Source of the DNA: Thermodesulfobacteriota bacterium
GTDB taxonomy: Bacteria > Desulfobacterota > Desulfarculia > JACQYL01
Length of the DNA stretch: 64,000 bases
Direction: 5' to 3'
Assembly (NCBI GenBank): GCA_963675595.2
Contig: CAXXLZ010000002.1
Location: 1,184,001-1,248,000 of the forward strand
Below the pieces are notes generated by a model. The model was not told the origin of the DNA, made no database searches, and saw only the letters and a program-made list of their open reading frames with translations. The position numbers and the translations under genes are program-made. Below, in pieces: positions 39,776 to 48,668 of the stretch (position 1 is its first letter; each line of letters starts with the position of its first letter).

Positions 39776-41275
39776 ATGACAAGGAAACACGCACGAAACC
39801 TTTTCATCCTGCTCGCCGCCTGCCTGTGGTTGTCGGCTTTTCCCACCACCGGGGCGGCCCAGGACTGGGCCACGTACGGTCTGCCGGCCAATGCGGTGCC
39901 GTTTGATCTACCCACGGTGCAGGGCACCGGAGCCGGCCCCAGTTGGTTCACCGCCGCGGACTTCTTCCCCGCGGCCTCCACGGGCACCATAGACGGGGGC
40001 ACCAACGTGGGCGTCCTGGACCTCAAGGGCCGAATCATCGCGGCCACCGGGGATCAAATCCTGCTGCAGCGCAACTACGGGTCCAGCAAGTTCGACGTGG
40101 TGGCCACCGTGCCCGGGATCATGGACCCCGCCTTTATTCACGTCTCCCCAAGCGGCACCAAGATCGCATTAGGCGCGGGTTACGGAGCGCCATTGGTCAT
40201 CATCGACCCTTCGGTCCTGAGCATCCAGAACCCGCCCCTGCTCTGGACCGGGTCCACCCCCATCAACGGCGTGACCTTGTTCCCCGAGGTGAACTTCTAT
40301 GACGCGGATTGGGTCGACGATCAGTTTATCGTAGTCAACGGAGGCCAGTATCCCTTCGGGGATCCACCGCAGTACGCCAGCGGAGCCGGCGTGGTGGACA
40401 CCGACGACCCCGACCCGCTCAATCACGAAGGTACGCGCATCATCGACAGCATACCCGGGGCCTCCGGCGACGTGGAGGTGGACCAGTACGGCAACCTGTA
40501 CACGGGCATCGGGTACGGATCCTCATCCACCACGGGGCAGATCAAGGTTTGGGACGCATCCGAGTGGGACCCCACGGACCCGATTCCCATGGCGTACACC
40601 GCCAACACCAAGGTGTTGTTTGCCGGCAACGGCCTGCTCAGCGCGGCCCAGATGGGCACGGACCGAGACGGCAACCTGCATTTGGGCGGCGGCAACTACT
40701 TTGGTTCACCCCCGGACTACGGGTACGCGGCCCTCATCAACGTGAACGTCACCAACCGGGTGTTGTTGGGCGGAGCCGCGGCGGACCCTCTGAACACCAG
40801 CGAGTTTCAGGAGTTCCAACCCGATCCCTGCCGGAACGATTCGGCCACGGACGTCATGTACAGCGACTGGGGCGTGGGCCTCGCCGTGTACTGGAACCCC
40901 CTCACCCTGCCTCCCAGCTGCGCCTCCGGGGATGAGTGGCATCCAGGAGTCATCCCCCGGGTGAACATCTATCATCCCGCCGGTGCGCCCGACGATGACG
41001 CCGACGGGGTTCCCAACGTGTCGGACAACGCCTATCAGACTCCCAATGCGGGTACGGGACAGCAGGGCGCCGACGCGGATGGGGATGGATGGGCCAACAT
41101 AGCGGATGCCGATTTCGACAACAGCGGAAGCGTGGGCATTCCCGATTCGAACTATTTCCGCAACCACATCGGTACGTCGGACCCGGACGCGGACCTGGAC
41201 AGCAACGGAACTGTGGGTGTTCCCGACTCGGGGATATTTCGAGGTTTGATCGGCAAAAACGCACCATACTATTAA
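39776..41275 (+). CDS. exported beta-propeller-like protein with a TSP3-like Ca-binding segment and a C-terminal dockerin-like (twin EF-hand) domain
   Basis: AAGGAG RBS, signal peptide; DPAFIHVSPSG, GASGDVEVDQYGNLYTG blades; DDDADGVPNVSDN; DADFDNSGSVGIPD...DADLDSNGTVGVPD. Confidence 0.82.
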   Translation: MTRKHARNLFILLAACLWLSAFPTTGAAQDWATYGLPANAVPFDLPTVQGTGAGPSWFTAADFFPAASTGTIDGGTNVGVLDLKGRIIAATGDQILLQRNYGSSKFDVVATVPGIMDPAFIHVSPSGTKIALGAGYGAPLVIIDPSVLSIQNPPLLWTGSTPINGVTLFPEVNFYDADWVDDQFIVVNGGQYPFGDPPQYASGAGVVDTDDPDPLNHEGTRIIDSIPGASGDVEVDQYGNLYTGIGYGSSSTTGQIKVWDASEWDPTDPIPMAYTANTKVLFAGNGLLSAAQMGTDRDGNLHLGGGNYFGSPPDYGYAALINVNVTNRVLLGGAAADPLNTSEFQEFQPDPCRNDSATDVMYSDWGVGLAVYWNPLTLPPSCASGDEWHPGVIPRVNIYHPAGAPDDDADGVPNVSDNAYQTPNAGTGQQGADADGDGWANIADADFDNSGSVGIPDSNYFRNHIGTSDPDADLDSNGTVGVPDSGIFRGLIGKNAPYY

Positions 41276-41403
41276 GACGCGAAATTCCAGGATCAGCGGA
41301 CAAGACTAATCAGCTATGTGCGTCGAAGGAGTTCAGTCCCTTGCTGTGCGAACGAATGAAAGGTTCTTGAGCCGTCCAAACCCACTACTTAGGAGGATAC
41401 TTC

Positions 41404-42087
41404 GTGAAAAAGACAACATCTCTACTGACCTTTATGCTCTTCGTGGCGTTTTTTACCTGCACTCCCGTGTCGGCCCACTTCTTGTGGATGGATCCTATCG
41501 GCATCCAGGGGGCCAACGTCGGGGACCAAGTGAGCGTTTCCGTGTACCTCCACGCCGAGCAGGATGATGAACTACACGGATGGAGTGTTTCATTAGGCTT
41601 CGACGACACGTTGGTCGACGGCGGTGAACTGACCTTTCTGAGTCTTACTTACGGCGCTACCGACATGCTTTTCTCTCCCTACGACCCGAATGCCTACTAC
41701 GAAGAGGGGGCTTCTCAAAAGTATTCCGTGGAAAGCGCTATTCGGAGGATATCTAAATGGAGCCTGCTCGGATATGGCCCACATCAAGATATATCCGAAG
41801 GAGATGACTTTCTTCTCTTCACGGCCACCTTCCAGTTCAACGGGGGGGACTTCGACGGGGAAGACGTTTGGATTGAGCAGTTCCCGGAAGAGGGATGGGA
41901 TTTCGAGAATGCCGGCGCTCTTCTATCACTGGACATCTACACGGACAACACCAAGTCCCTCTTGCTGGGGGACGGGGGCCCGGATTACGGCTCCAATGTG
42001 CCCCTGCCCGCGGCCGCTTACCTGATGGGCTCGGGTCTGGTGGCTCTGGTGGGAATCAGAAGAAAAAGAAGGAAAGCGGCCCTGTAG
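41404..42087 (+). CDS. cohesin-like domain protein with a VPLPA-CTERM anchor
   Basis: AGGAGG RBS, signal peptide; VSVSVYL..GWSVSLGFDD..LTF..LFTATF; VPLPAAAYLMGSGLVALVGIRRKRRK. Confidence 0.82.
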   Translation: MKKTTSLLTFMLFVAFFTCTPVSAHFLWMDPIGIQGANVGDQVSVSVYLHAEQDDELHGWSVSLGFDDTLVDGGELTFLSLTYGATDMLFSPYDPNAYYEEGASQKYSVESAIRRISKWSLLGYGPHQDISEGDDFLLFTATFQFNGGDFDGEDVWIEQFPEEGWDFENAGALLSLDIYTDNTKSLLLGDGGPDYGSNVPLPAAAYLMGSGLVALVGIRRKRRKAAL

Positions 42088-42407
42088 ACGACAGGGCGCT
42101 GATAAGCCGCCGTGAGGCACGGCGACCCAACGCACTCGCTGAGGGGCCGGGGGAACGGCTTCACCTCCCACCACCCCCCAAGCCCTTCCCAACATAGGCT
42201 CACCTGATTCGTCGGCCCAAGCCGGGGCCGGCGAATCGGTTTTCCGGGGTCCGACGCAACGGCCCGCCCCGGACTTCCCGTGTACTCGCCATGCTTTGGG
42301 TCGGGTTTCGGAGAACCGGAGTCCGGGAATGGCCTTCGGGCCCTTTCACCGCGTAATCGCACACAGCCGAGGGGTAACGCACCCCCGAATTTTTCGCGAG
42401 GTATCCC

Positions 42408-42965
42408 ATGAAAAAACTCTGGATGATCGCCGTCTCTTTTCTCGTAATCGTGGTCGTGGTTGTCATGCTGACCTGGGATGCGGACCATCGCCGCGCGTCC
42501 GATAAGGAAAACGGCCCGGACATGTCCGCGGTTTCCGAGGAGGTTTCGATCCCCGAAAGCACGCAAACGAACCGGGACGATTCCGCCCCGGCCGAAGACA
42601 CTCCCTCGCTCCCTCCATCCGATTCCACGGTCACGGCACAAAAGCCCAAGCCCAAGTCGTACGAGTTCGACGAGGCGGAGTGGGAATACGCCGTAAACAA
42701 GGAGTTCGAGGCGGCGGCGTTGGAGATTTTTCCCGTGTATACCGTTCAGACGCATGATCCCAGGCATCCGGAGGAATTCGGTCCCAAGGAAGGCGAAATA
42801 TGGGTTCGCATCAAACCCGAGGCCGCCCTGACGTATCAGGACGTCATGGCCGAGACCGCCGAATTGTATCGGGAGCTGACCTATCGTCAGGGGCCCGTGA
42901 CGGTGATGCACTGGGTGGGCAATCGGCCGTACGCCAAGCTCTCGTTTTCCGGTGAATACGAGTGA
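42408..42965 (+). CDS. hypothetical membrane-anchored protein
   Basis: GAGG RBS, N-terminal TM helix, Pro/Ser/Thr linker, small globular C-terminal domain. Confidence 0.75.
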   Translation: MKKLWMIAVSFLVIVVVVVMLTWDADHRRASDKENGPDMSAVSEEVSIPESTQTNRDDSAPAEDTPSLPPSDSTVTAQKPKPKSYEFDEAEWEYAVNKEFEAAALEIFPVYTVQTHDPRHPEEFGPKEGEIWVRIKPEAALTYQDVMAETAELYRELTYRQGPVTVMHWVGNRPYAKLSFSGEYE

Positions 42966-43156
42966 TGCACCGCGGATCACTCGTCTCATCACCGCCCGGA
43001 TCACCGGCCGAGAAATCTCTATCGAGGCCTTTGATCCTCGGTAGACCGGAAGGCGTCAAGACAAGACCCCGAGAACCCGATGTTCCCGCGGGTTCCTCCT
43101 TTCCAAGTCACAAAGAGGATTCGGGTGTACCCACTGAACTTAAAGGATGCCAACTC

Positions 43157-44227
43157 ATGCTGAAGCAAACCTTTCGCATTCTCGTGATTCTCTCGGTGTT
43201 CTGCGGCACCGTGTGGAACTCCCCCCTCCATGCTGAGGACAATGGCGCCGGAACGCCTGTCATGGTGTTCGACGAGGCGGCCGGCGACCCTCCGACCGTG
43301 GTTCGAGGAGAAATCGCCACGCATGTGTTCACCTTTTCCAACAAAGGCTCGGCGCCGCTGATCCTGTCGGACGTATCTCCGGGCTGCCGTTGCACCGAAA
43401 CGGCCTACGACAAAACGGTCCTCCCCGGCCGCAAGGGAAGGATCACCCTTACCATGGACACCGAGGGCTTCACCGGCCGTACCGGTCTGGACGCCGTGGT
43501 GACTTCCAACGACCCCGAAACTCCAAGCCGGAAGATCGAGGTCGCGGTCATGGTTCTCCCTCTCATCGACCTGCAACCCGACCGCGTGATCCTCTCCGGT
43601 CCGGCGGGTAAGGTTCTTGAGAAAACGCTCGTGATTCGCAGCAACATCCAAGACCCCCTCCAACTGGGGATCGACGAGGAAACCGTTCCTCCTGAAATTA
43701 CCTGTGTTCTCAGTCCGAAGGAACCCGGCAAATCGTATCTCTTGACCGTTCGGAACAAGAACGAGACACCGAACGTGTATCGCAGGACCTTTCAGATCAA
43801 GACCAATTACGCGCGCCGGCCCACCCTCAAAGTGCCCGTTTTCGGGCGCATCCTATCCGAAGTGGAAGTGACGCCCAAGTCGGTCGACTTCGGTCAAATT
43901 CGCAGGAAACGCTATGCCGCCTTGATGAAGAACCCGGATGAAGATCCCGGCCCGGCCGAGCTGTCCTCACTGAGGGAAGAACTCGCGAAGGACGTTTTCG
44001 TACGAGGGAATCTCGACCAACCATTCGAAATCGAGAGGGTGGAAATCGACCAAACCCTTTTTCATACGGAAGTCAAATCCCTGGAGCTCGGAAAGCACTA
44101 CTGGATTCGCATCACACCCTTGCCGGCGCGATTGAAATCCGGGCTTACGGAAACCCGACTGAAAATCCACACCAATCATCCTCGGTTTTCCACCATGGTT
44201 GTGCCGTTGCGAGTCATGGCGAACTAG
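43157..44227 (+). CDS. DUF1573 (Ig-like) domain exported protein
   Basis: Signal peptide; HVFTFSNKGSAPLILSDVSPGCRCT..VLPGRKG, VTSNDP. Confidence 0.82.
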   Translation: MLKQTFRILVILSVFCGTVWNSPLHAEDNGAGTPVMVFDEAAGDPPTVVRGEIATHVFTFSNKGSAPLILSDVSPGCRCTETAYDKTVLPGRKGRITLTMDTEGFTGRTGLDAVVTSNDPETPSRKIEVAVMVLPLIDLQPDRVILSGPAGKVLEKTLVIRSNIQDPLQLGIDEETVPPEITCVLSPKEPGKSYLLTVRNKNETPNVYRRTFQIKTNYARRPTLKVPVFGRILSEVEVTPKSVDFGQIRRKRYAALMKNPDEDPGPAELSSLREELAKDVFVRGNLDQPFEIERVEIDQTLFHTEVKSLELGKHYWIRITPLPARLKSGLTETRLKIHTNHPRFSTMVVPLRVMAN

Positions 44228-44343
44228 CCTTGCCGTTAAATCGGCCAAACTCCATTCCGAAAAAATGGACCTTTCTCGTCAAGGAGGTGCGCCAAGTACA
44301 AAGTTGAAACAAGCGTCCATCGCAAAAAAAGCATAGCAAACAA

Positions 44344-44404
44344 CAAGAAAGTGCAAGTTTTGAGCAAGATAGTGCGATCATCCCTTTGAGACATCCATTA
44401 GAAT
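44344..44404 (+). promoter_or_regulatory. 38-bp regulon motif copy (flp/tad promoter) plus -10 TAGAAT
   Basis: CAAGAAAGTGCAAGTTTTGAGCAAGATAGTGCGATCAT (44344-44381; direct repeat CAAGAWAGTGC with 21-bp period), then 17 bp, then TAGAAT. Confidence 0.75.
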
Positions 44405-44482
44405 CCAGTCGCAGCGAATCGATCACACGAGATGAAACGGGGATAAAGATTCGCCTACTTAAATGTAAACAGGAGGTCGGCG

Positions 44483-44650
44483 ATGAAATTCCTCAAAAGA
44501 CTTTGGGAAGACGAATCCGGCGTAACCGCCATTGAGTACGCCTTGATCGCCTCCCTGGTGGCGATTGCGGCCATAGCGGCGCTTACCAATCTCGGTGACG
44601 CGATTACCGACAAATTCGAGAAGATTATTGAAAGCCTTCAGGGGGCGTAG
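44483..44650 (+). CDS. flp: Flp family type IV (Tad) pilin, 55 aa
   Basis: Manual translation MKFLKRLWEDESG|VTAIEYALIASLVAIAAIAALTNLGDAITDKFEKIIESLQGA; G/xxxxEY motif; AGGAGG RBS; below the ORF-track length cutoff. Confidence 0.95.
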   Translation: MKFLKRLWEDESGVTAIEYALIASLVAIAAIAALTNLGDAITDKFEKIIESLQGA

Positions 44651-44911
44651 TCGCCGCAGTGTCGGTCTATCACGGGGATATTCCCAAACACCCCCTCGCC
44701 CCTTTTCAGAGCCAACCCCAAAAGCACCCCCTCGGGGCGATGAGCACAGGGCGGGAATGCATGTTGGTTCTCGAAACGCCCCATCGAGACTGCGCCAAGG
44801 CCCATGCCTTTCGGCCGGAGGGAGGTGCCCCCGCCTGAGAAGTGTGGAAGGGATCGAAGAATCTCCCACTCAGAGGGATTCCATGATGGCCCGAACGGAT
44901 GAATTCCGAAT

Positions 44912-45325
44912 ATGACAGCTCATCAATCCAAGTGCAGGTCGAGGAAAAGACAAAAAGGGGTTTCCTGCATCGAGTTCGCCATGGTGCTTCCCGTCTTGCT
45001 CCTCATTCTTTTCGCCATCATGGAGTACGGGTGGCTGATGGTGCATCAGATCGTTCTGATCAACGCCGTATCCACGGGCGCACGAGCGGCCATCAGGGCC
45101 AACCCCGAGGAACTCGCCCCATACACGGCGAAAGACTACACCGTGAAGGCGTTCTGGATCGGAACGCTGACCCGGGATCAGGTGCTGGCGGAGATGCCGG
45201 CCGATAATCCCAAACGGGTTTACGTGTCCGTACCCGCTTGGGACTACGAACCGATCACGCACTTCCTCCCATCGGCGCTCCTTCCAAAATCCCTGAACGC
45301 CGCGTCGGTCATGGTGTTTCCGTGA
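44912..45325 (+). CDS. tadE: TadE-like minor pilin
   Basis: QKG|VSCIEFAMVLPVLLLILFAIMEYG..GARAA. Confidence 0.9.
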   Translation: MTAHQSKCRSRKRQKGVSCIEFAMVLPVLLLILFAIMEYGWLMVHQIVLINAVSTGARAAIRANPEELAPYTAKDYTVKAFWIGTLTRDQVLAEMPADNPKRVYVSVPAWDYEPITHFLPSALLPKSLNAASVMVFP

Positions 45326-46635
45326 GTCCCCAAGGCAAGAACACATCATTGGTGAAAACGAGGGGCGTCGTCATCCTGGCCCTGGGCCTTGTTTTCGCAA
45401 TACTCGCCTACAAAGCGGTTTCACGCCTCGTCGAGAAACCTGAGTCGCCTCCGGTTCGGGCGGTGATGGCCGTGGAGTCCACGGCCGCGGGCGAACCCCT
45501 GTTTCGAAGGAAGCTCGAAGTCGTGACCCGCCCTGCCGGGGAACTCCCCGCCGGCACGTTCTCCAAAACGGAACAGGTGGCTGGGAGAATCGCGGCACGT
45601 CCCATTGAAAAGGGAACTTTCGTCACCAACGATCATCTCGTTACGGAGACCACCCTTTCACAGCAAAGCATTTCCCGACGCCTCAGCCCCGGCCGGAGAG
45701 CCTACGCATTAAAAGTGGATGAAGCTTCCGGAATATCGGGTGAACTCGTTCCCGGAGACCTGGTGGACATCATCGCCACAAGCGCCTTGTCCGGCGCCCT
45801 CGAGAGTCGGGTATCGCGCGTGGTGCTCCGGAAAATTACGGTGCTGTCCGTGCGACAGGAAAAGAAGGGAGGACTCTTTCCGGGCGGCCCGGACAAGACC
45901 GGCCGCGTGACTGCGGTCACACTGGCCGTGAACCCGGACGAGGCGAACGTACTGGCCGCATCCGAGGGAGCCGGCCTCCGCCTGGTCGCCCGTTCCCGAG
46001 CCGGGGGCGAAGGAAGCGACGAAGAATTCGTCTACTCTCCCTTAACCGGACCCAAGACCGTTTCCGAGCTGCATCGGCTGTGGCAAGAGCGGGACCTCGC
46101 GCTCAACCGGCGTATTCCTCATGGCATGCGCGCCGTTACCGTCCAAGTATCCGTCGCGGACGGCATATGCGGCCGACTGGCCTCCGGTAACAAAGTGGAT
46201 GTCATCGCCGTGACTCAGACCGGAGACCTTTCCACCGAAGGAGACGGACCTGGAGCCATGGCCACACAACTGGCAACGGCCCGGATGGCCAAGACGATTT
46301 TTCAGAACGTGGAACTCATGGCCGTGGAGGACGAGCTTGAAGGCTTGCCCGGAGCTCCGGAGGGCGATGAGCGTCTCGTGGCCCTTCTCCTCTCGCCTCG
46401 GCAGGCGGAAGGTCTCATCTCCGTGTCGCAGGACCCCGCCTACAAACTTAAAATTGTGCGGAGGAACCCTGCCGACACCGAGATCGCCGACACGCAGGGA
46501 GAAAAGATCAGGGAACTCTTCTTTGAACCCGGCGAATTGGTCTATCAAGTGGAAGTACACCGAAGAGGCGGAGTGGAGATCGAAAATTTCAAGGACCCGC
46601 GGGTTCAACAAAGTGCGCACTCCTCGGTGCGCTAG
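45322..46635 (+). CDS. cpaB: Flp pilus assembly protein CpaB/RcpC with a duplicated RcpC domain
   Basis: TM + SAF + PGRRAYAL..LVPGDLVDII + second HGMRAVTV..LASGNKVDVI; GTG overlaps the tadE stop. Confidence 0.85.
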   Translation: MSPQGKNTSLVKTRGVVILALGLVFAILAYKAVSRLVEKPESPPVRAVMAVESTAAGEPLFRRKLEVVTRPAGELPAGTFSKTEQVAGRIAARPIEKGTFVTNDHLVTETTLSQQSISRRLSPGRRAYALKVDEASGISGELVPGDLVDIIATSALSGALESRVSRVVLRKITVLSVRQEKKGGLFPGGPDKTGRVTAVTLAVNPDEANVLAASEGAGLRLVARSRAGGEGSDEEFVYSPLTGPKTVSELHRLWQERDLALNRRIPHGMRAVTVQVSVADGICGRLASGNKVDVIAVTQTGDLSTEGDGPGAMATQLATARMAKTIFQNVELMAVEDELEGLPGAPEGDERLVALLLSPRQAEGLISVSQDPAYKLKIVRRNPADTEIADTQGEKIRELFFEPGELVYQVEVHRRGGVEIENFKDPRVQQSAHSSVR

Positions 46636-46748
46636 TAAGCGGAGGCTGCATGATACACCCCGAACCCGTCTCCCTGTACCGAAATGAGCCCGCCCATCAT
46701 CTCATGACGTCCCGTAACCGGCCTTTTTCAACGGACTAAGGTGCGCAT

Positions 46749-48128
46749 TTGATCTCCAAACGGAACATCCTCGTATTCTTCGTCCCGGCTGCGTTGTTGG
46801 CTTTCCTGATTGCGGGATTGGTGTCTTCGCGCCTCCACAAGCCCGCCGTCGAGAAGACACGGGTCGTGGTGGCCAAGGCGCCTCTCCTCAGAGGACAAGT
46901 TCTGACGCCTGAGAAGCTCGAGTTGATCGAATGGCCCGACCCAAGCCCCCCGGACGGATACTTTGGAAACGTGGAAACCCTTACCGGAAGAATTGCGGCC
47001 GACTCCATCAGCGCGAAAGACCCGATCCTGGAATCCGTTCTCATCCATACAAAGCCCGAATCCGAGTGGGGCCTCTCCGAGAAAATCCCCGAGGGGTACA
47101 TGGCCTTCACCTTGGCTGTGGACGAAGTGTCCGGCCTGCCCGGAAGCATCGTTCCGGGGGATGTGGTCGACGTGATCGCCACGAATCCGCTTCCGAACGA
47201 CAAGAGTCAACGAATCGCCAGGTTGCTCCTCCAAAAGGTCCGGGTCTATTCGGTTTCCGGTCACAGAGACGGCAGGATCAGGGCCGTGACTCTCATCGTG
47301 CGGCCAAGTGAGGCCAACATCTTGTCGGCGTCCGACGGCGCCACGCTCAGGCTGGTCGCTCGAAGCCGGGAGACGGATAGAAAAAAATCGAGTGACGATG
47401 TGGTGTTCTCCTCCGGAGTCGGAGCCCATACCCCCGCGGACATCGGCTCCCTCAAAAAGGAGAGGGATCGAATTTACCAGGAAAGCATTCGCGAGGGGCT
47501 TCGGGCCCTAACCATTTCCGTAAACGGCCTGGACGGTATCTGCGGTTTCTTGAAACAGGGAAACCGGGTGGACGTTGTGGGAGTTCATTCTTTCGTCTCA
47601 ACCACGCCCTATCAAGGCACGGACGCACCGGGACAAAAGGTCGTCATCGCGGGGGAGCCGACCTACGCCAAGATATTGCTTCAAGACATGGAAGTGCTCG
47701 CCGTGGCCGATGATGCGGAAACATCCGACAGGGTCGAGGACGTGGCGGCCAAACATCTTGAGTCGGCTAAACCCGGGGCAAACGGCTGCGAGGGCCCGGA
47801 TTGTCTCGACGCCGCAGGGGATCGGGAGAAGGCCTCCCCCGCGGGCGACGGCTCCGCCTCAAGGTCCGCCAAACGGGTAACCCTCCTCGCCGACCCGGCA
47901 CAAGCCGAACAACTGGCCCTCCTTTCGGATTCCTCGTCGTCCAGGCTCACCGCCGGGAATTCCGGAATAAGACTCATCATTAGGAATTATAACGACCGGG
48001 AAATCGTAAAAACCCGCGGGGGATCCAGCAAAGAGACGGTCTACGGCGTTGAGGAGGAACGCTACCGCTACGTAACGGTATTCAGGGGCGCCGCCAAATC
48101 AACACGGCAGTTTCCCATTGCCGACTGA
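46749..48128 (+). CDS. cpaB: second CpaB/RcpC with a duplicated RcpC domain
   Basis: TM + SAF + PEGYMAFTL..IVPGDVVDVI + second EGLRALTI..LKQGNRVDVV. Confidence 0.85.
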   Translation: MISKRNILVFFVPAALLAFLIAGLVSSRLHKPAVEKTRVVVAKAPLLRGQVLTPEKLELIEWPDPSPPDGYFGNVETLTGRIAADSISAKDPILESVLIHTKPESEWGLSEKIPEGYMAFTLAVDEVSGLPGSIVPGDVVDVIATNPLPNDKSQRIARLLLQKVRVYSVSGHRDGRIRAVTLIVRPSEANILSASDGATLRLVARSRETDRKKSSDDVVFSSGVGAHTPADIGSLKKERDRIYQESIREGLRALTISVNGLDGICGFLKQGNRVDVVGVHSFVSTTPYQGTDAPGQKVVIAGEPTYAKILLQDMEVLAVADDAETSDRVEDVAAKHLESAKPGANGCEGPDCLDAAGDREKASPAGDGSASRSAKRVTLLADPAQAEQLALLSDSSSSRLTAGNSGIRLIIRNYNDREIVKTRGGSSKETVYGVEEERYRYVTVFRGAAKSTRQFPIAD

Positions 48129-48270
48129 GGTGCTTCCAGCGGATCGGAGTACCACGGGCAATGAGGTTCCCTAAGGTCGAGCAATGGGTTTGCGGCTGAA
48201 ACGCAAGAGGAAAGGCTTCCACGGAAATGAGGGCCGTGACGCTCGTCACGGTCAGGCGGACAGGAAAGCT

Positions 48271-48663
48271 ATGAACATCATGATTCGGATCAGACTAGGT
48301 GCGGCGATTCTACTTCTCACGGCGGGGCTCGGGTATTCTCCGGTCCACAGCGAAACACCCGTCGGAAACTTCAGCCAAGGGAACATCCACGAAGTGGTCG
48401 TACCTCGCTTCGGAGCCCACTTGATCCAGACCCGACAACCGGTGAAGCGGGTCTCGGTGGCGGAACCGACCATCGCGGATGTGAAGGTCATCAGTCCCTT
48501 CGATCTGCTCATAGAAGGGCGAGGACAGGGGATCACCACGTGCGTCGTCTGGTACAAGACCGAGGGGGGAGAAATCTACCGGGTGAAGGTGAATCGAGGG
48601 GCCGAAGTGGAGACCCTGTTGGGAACGGAGCTCTCTCAGGATAAGTCGTTATGGGGATGGTAA
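48271..48663 (+). CDS. stand-alone secretin N-terminal (pilus formation N) domain protein
   Basis: Signal peptide; VKRVSVAEPTIADVKVISPFDLLIEGRGQGITTCVVW parallels the N-domain of the following secretin. Confidence 0.75.
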   Translation: MNIMIRIRLGAAILLLTAGLGYSPVHSETPVGNFSQGNIHEVVVPRFGAHLIQTRQPVKRVSVAEPTIADVKVISPFDLLIEGRGQGITTCVVWYKTEGGEIYRVKVNRGAEVETLLGTELSQDKSLWGW

Positions 48664-48668
48664 TCGGA

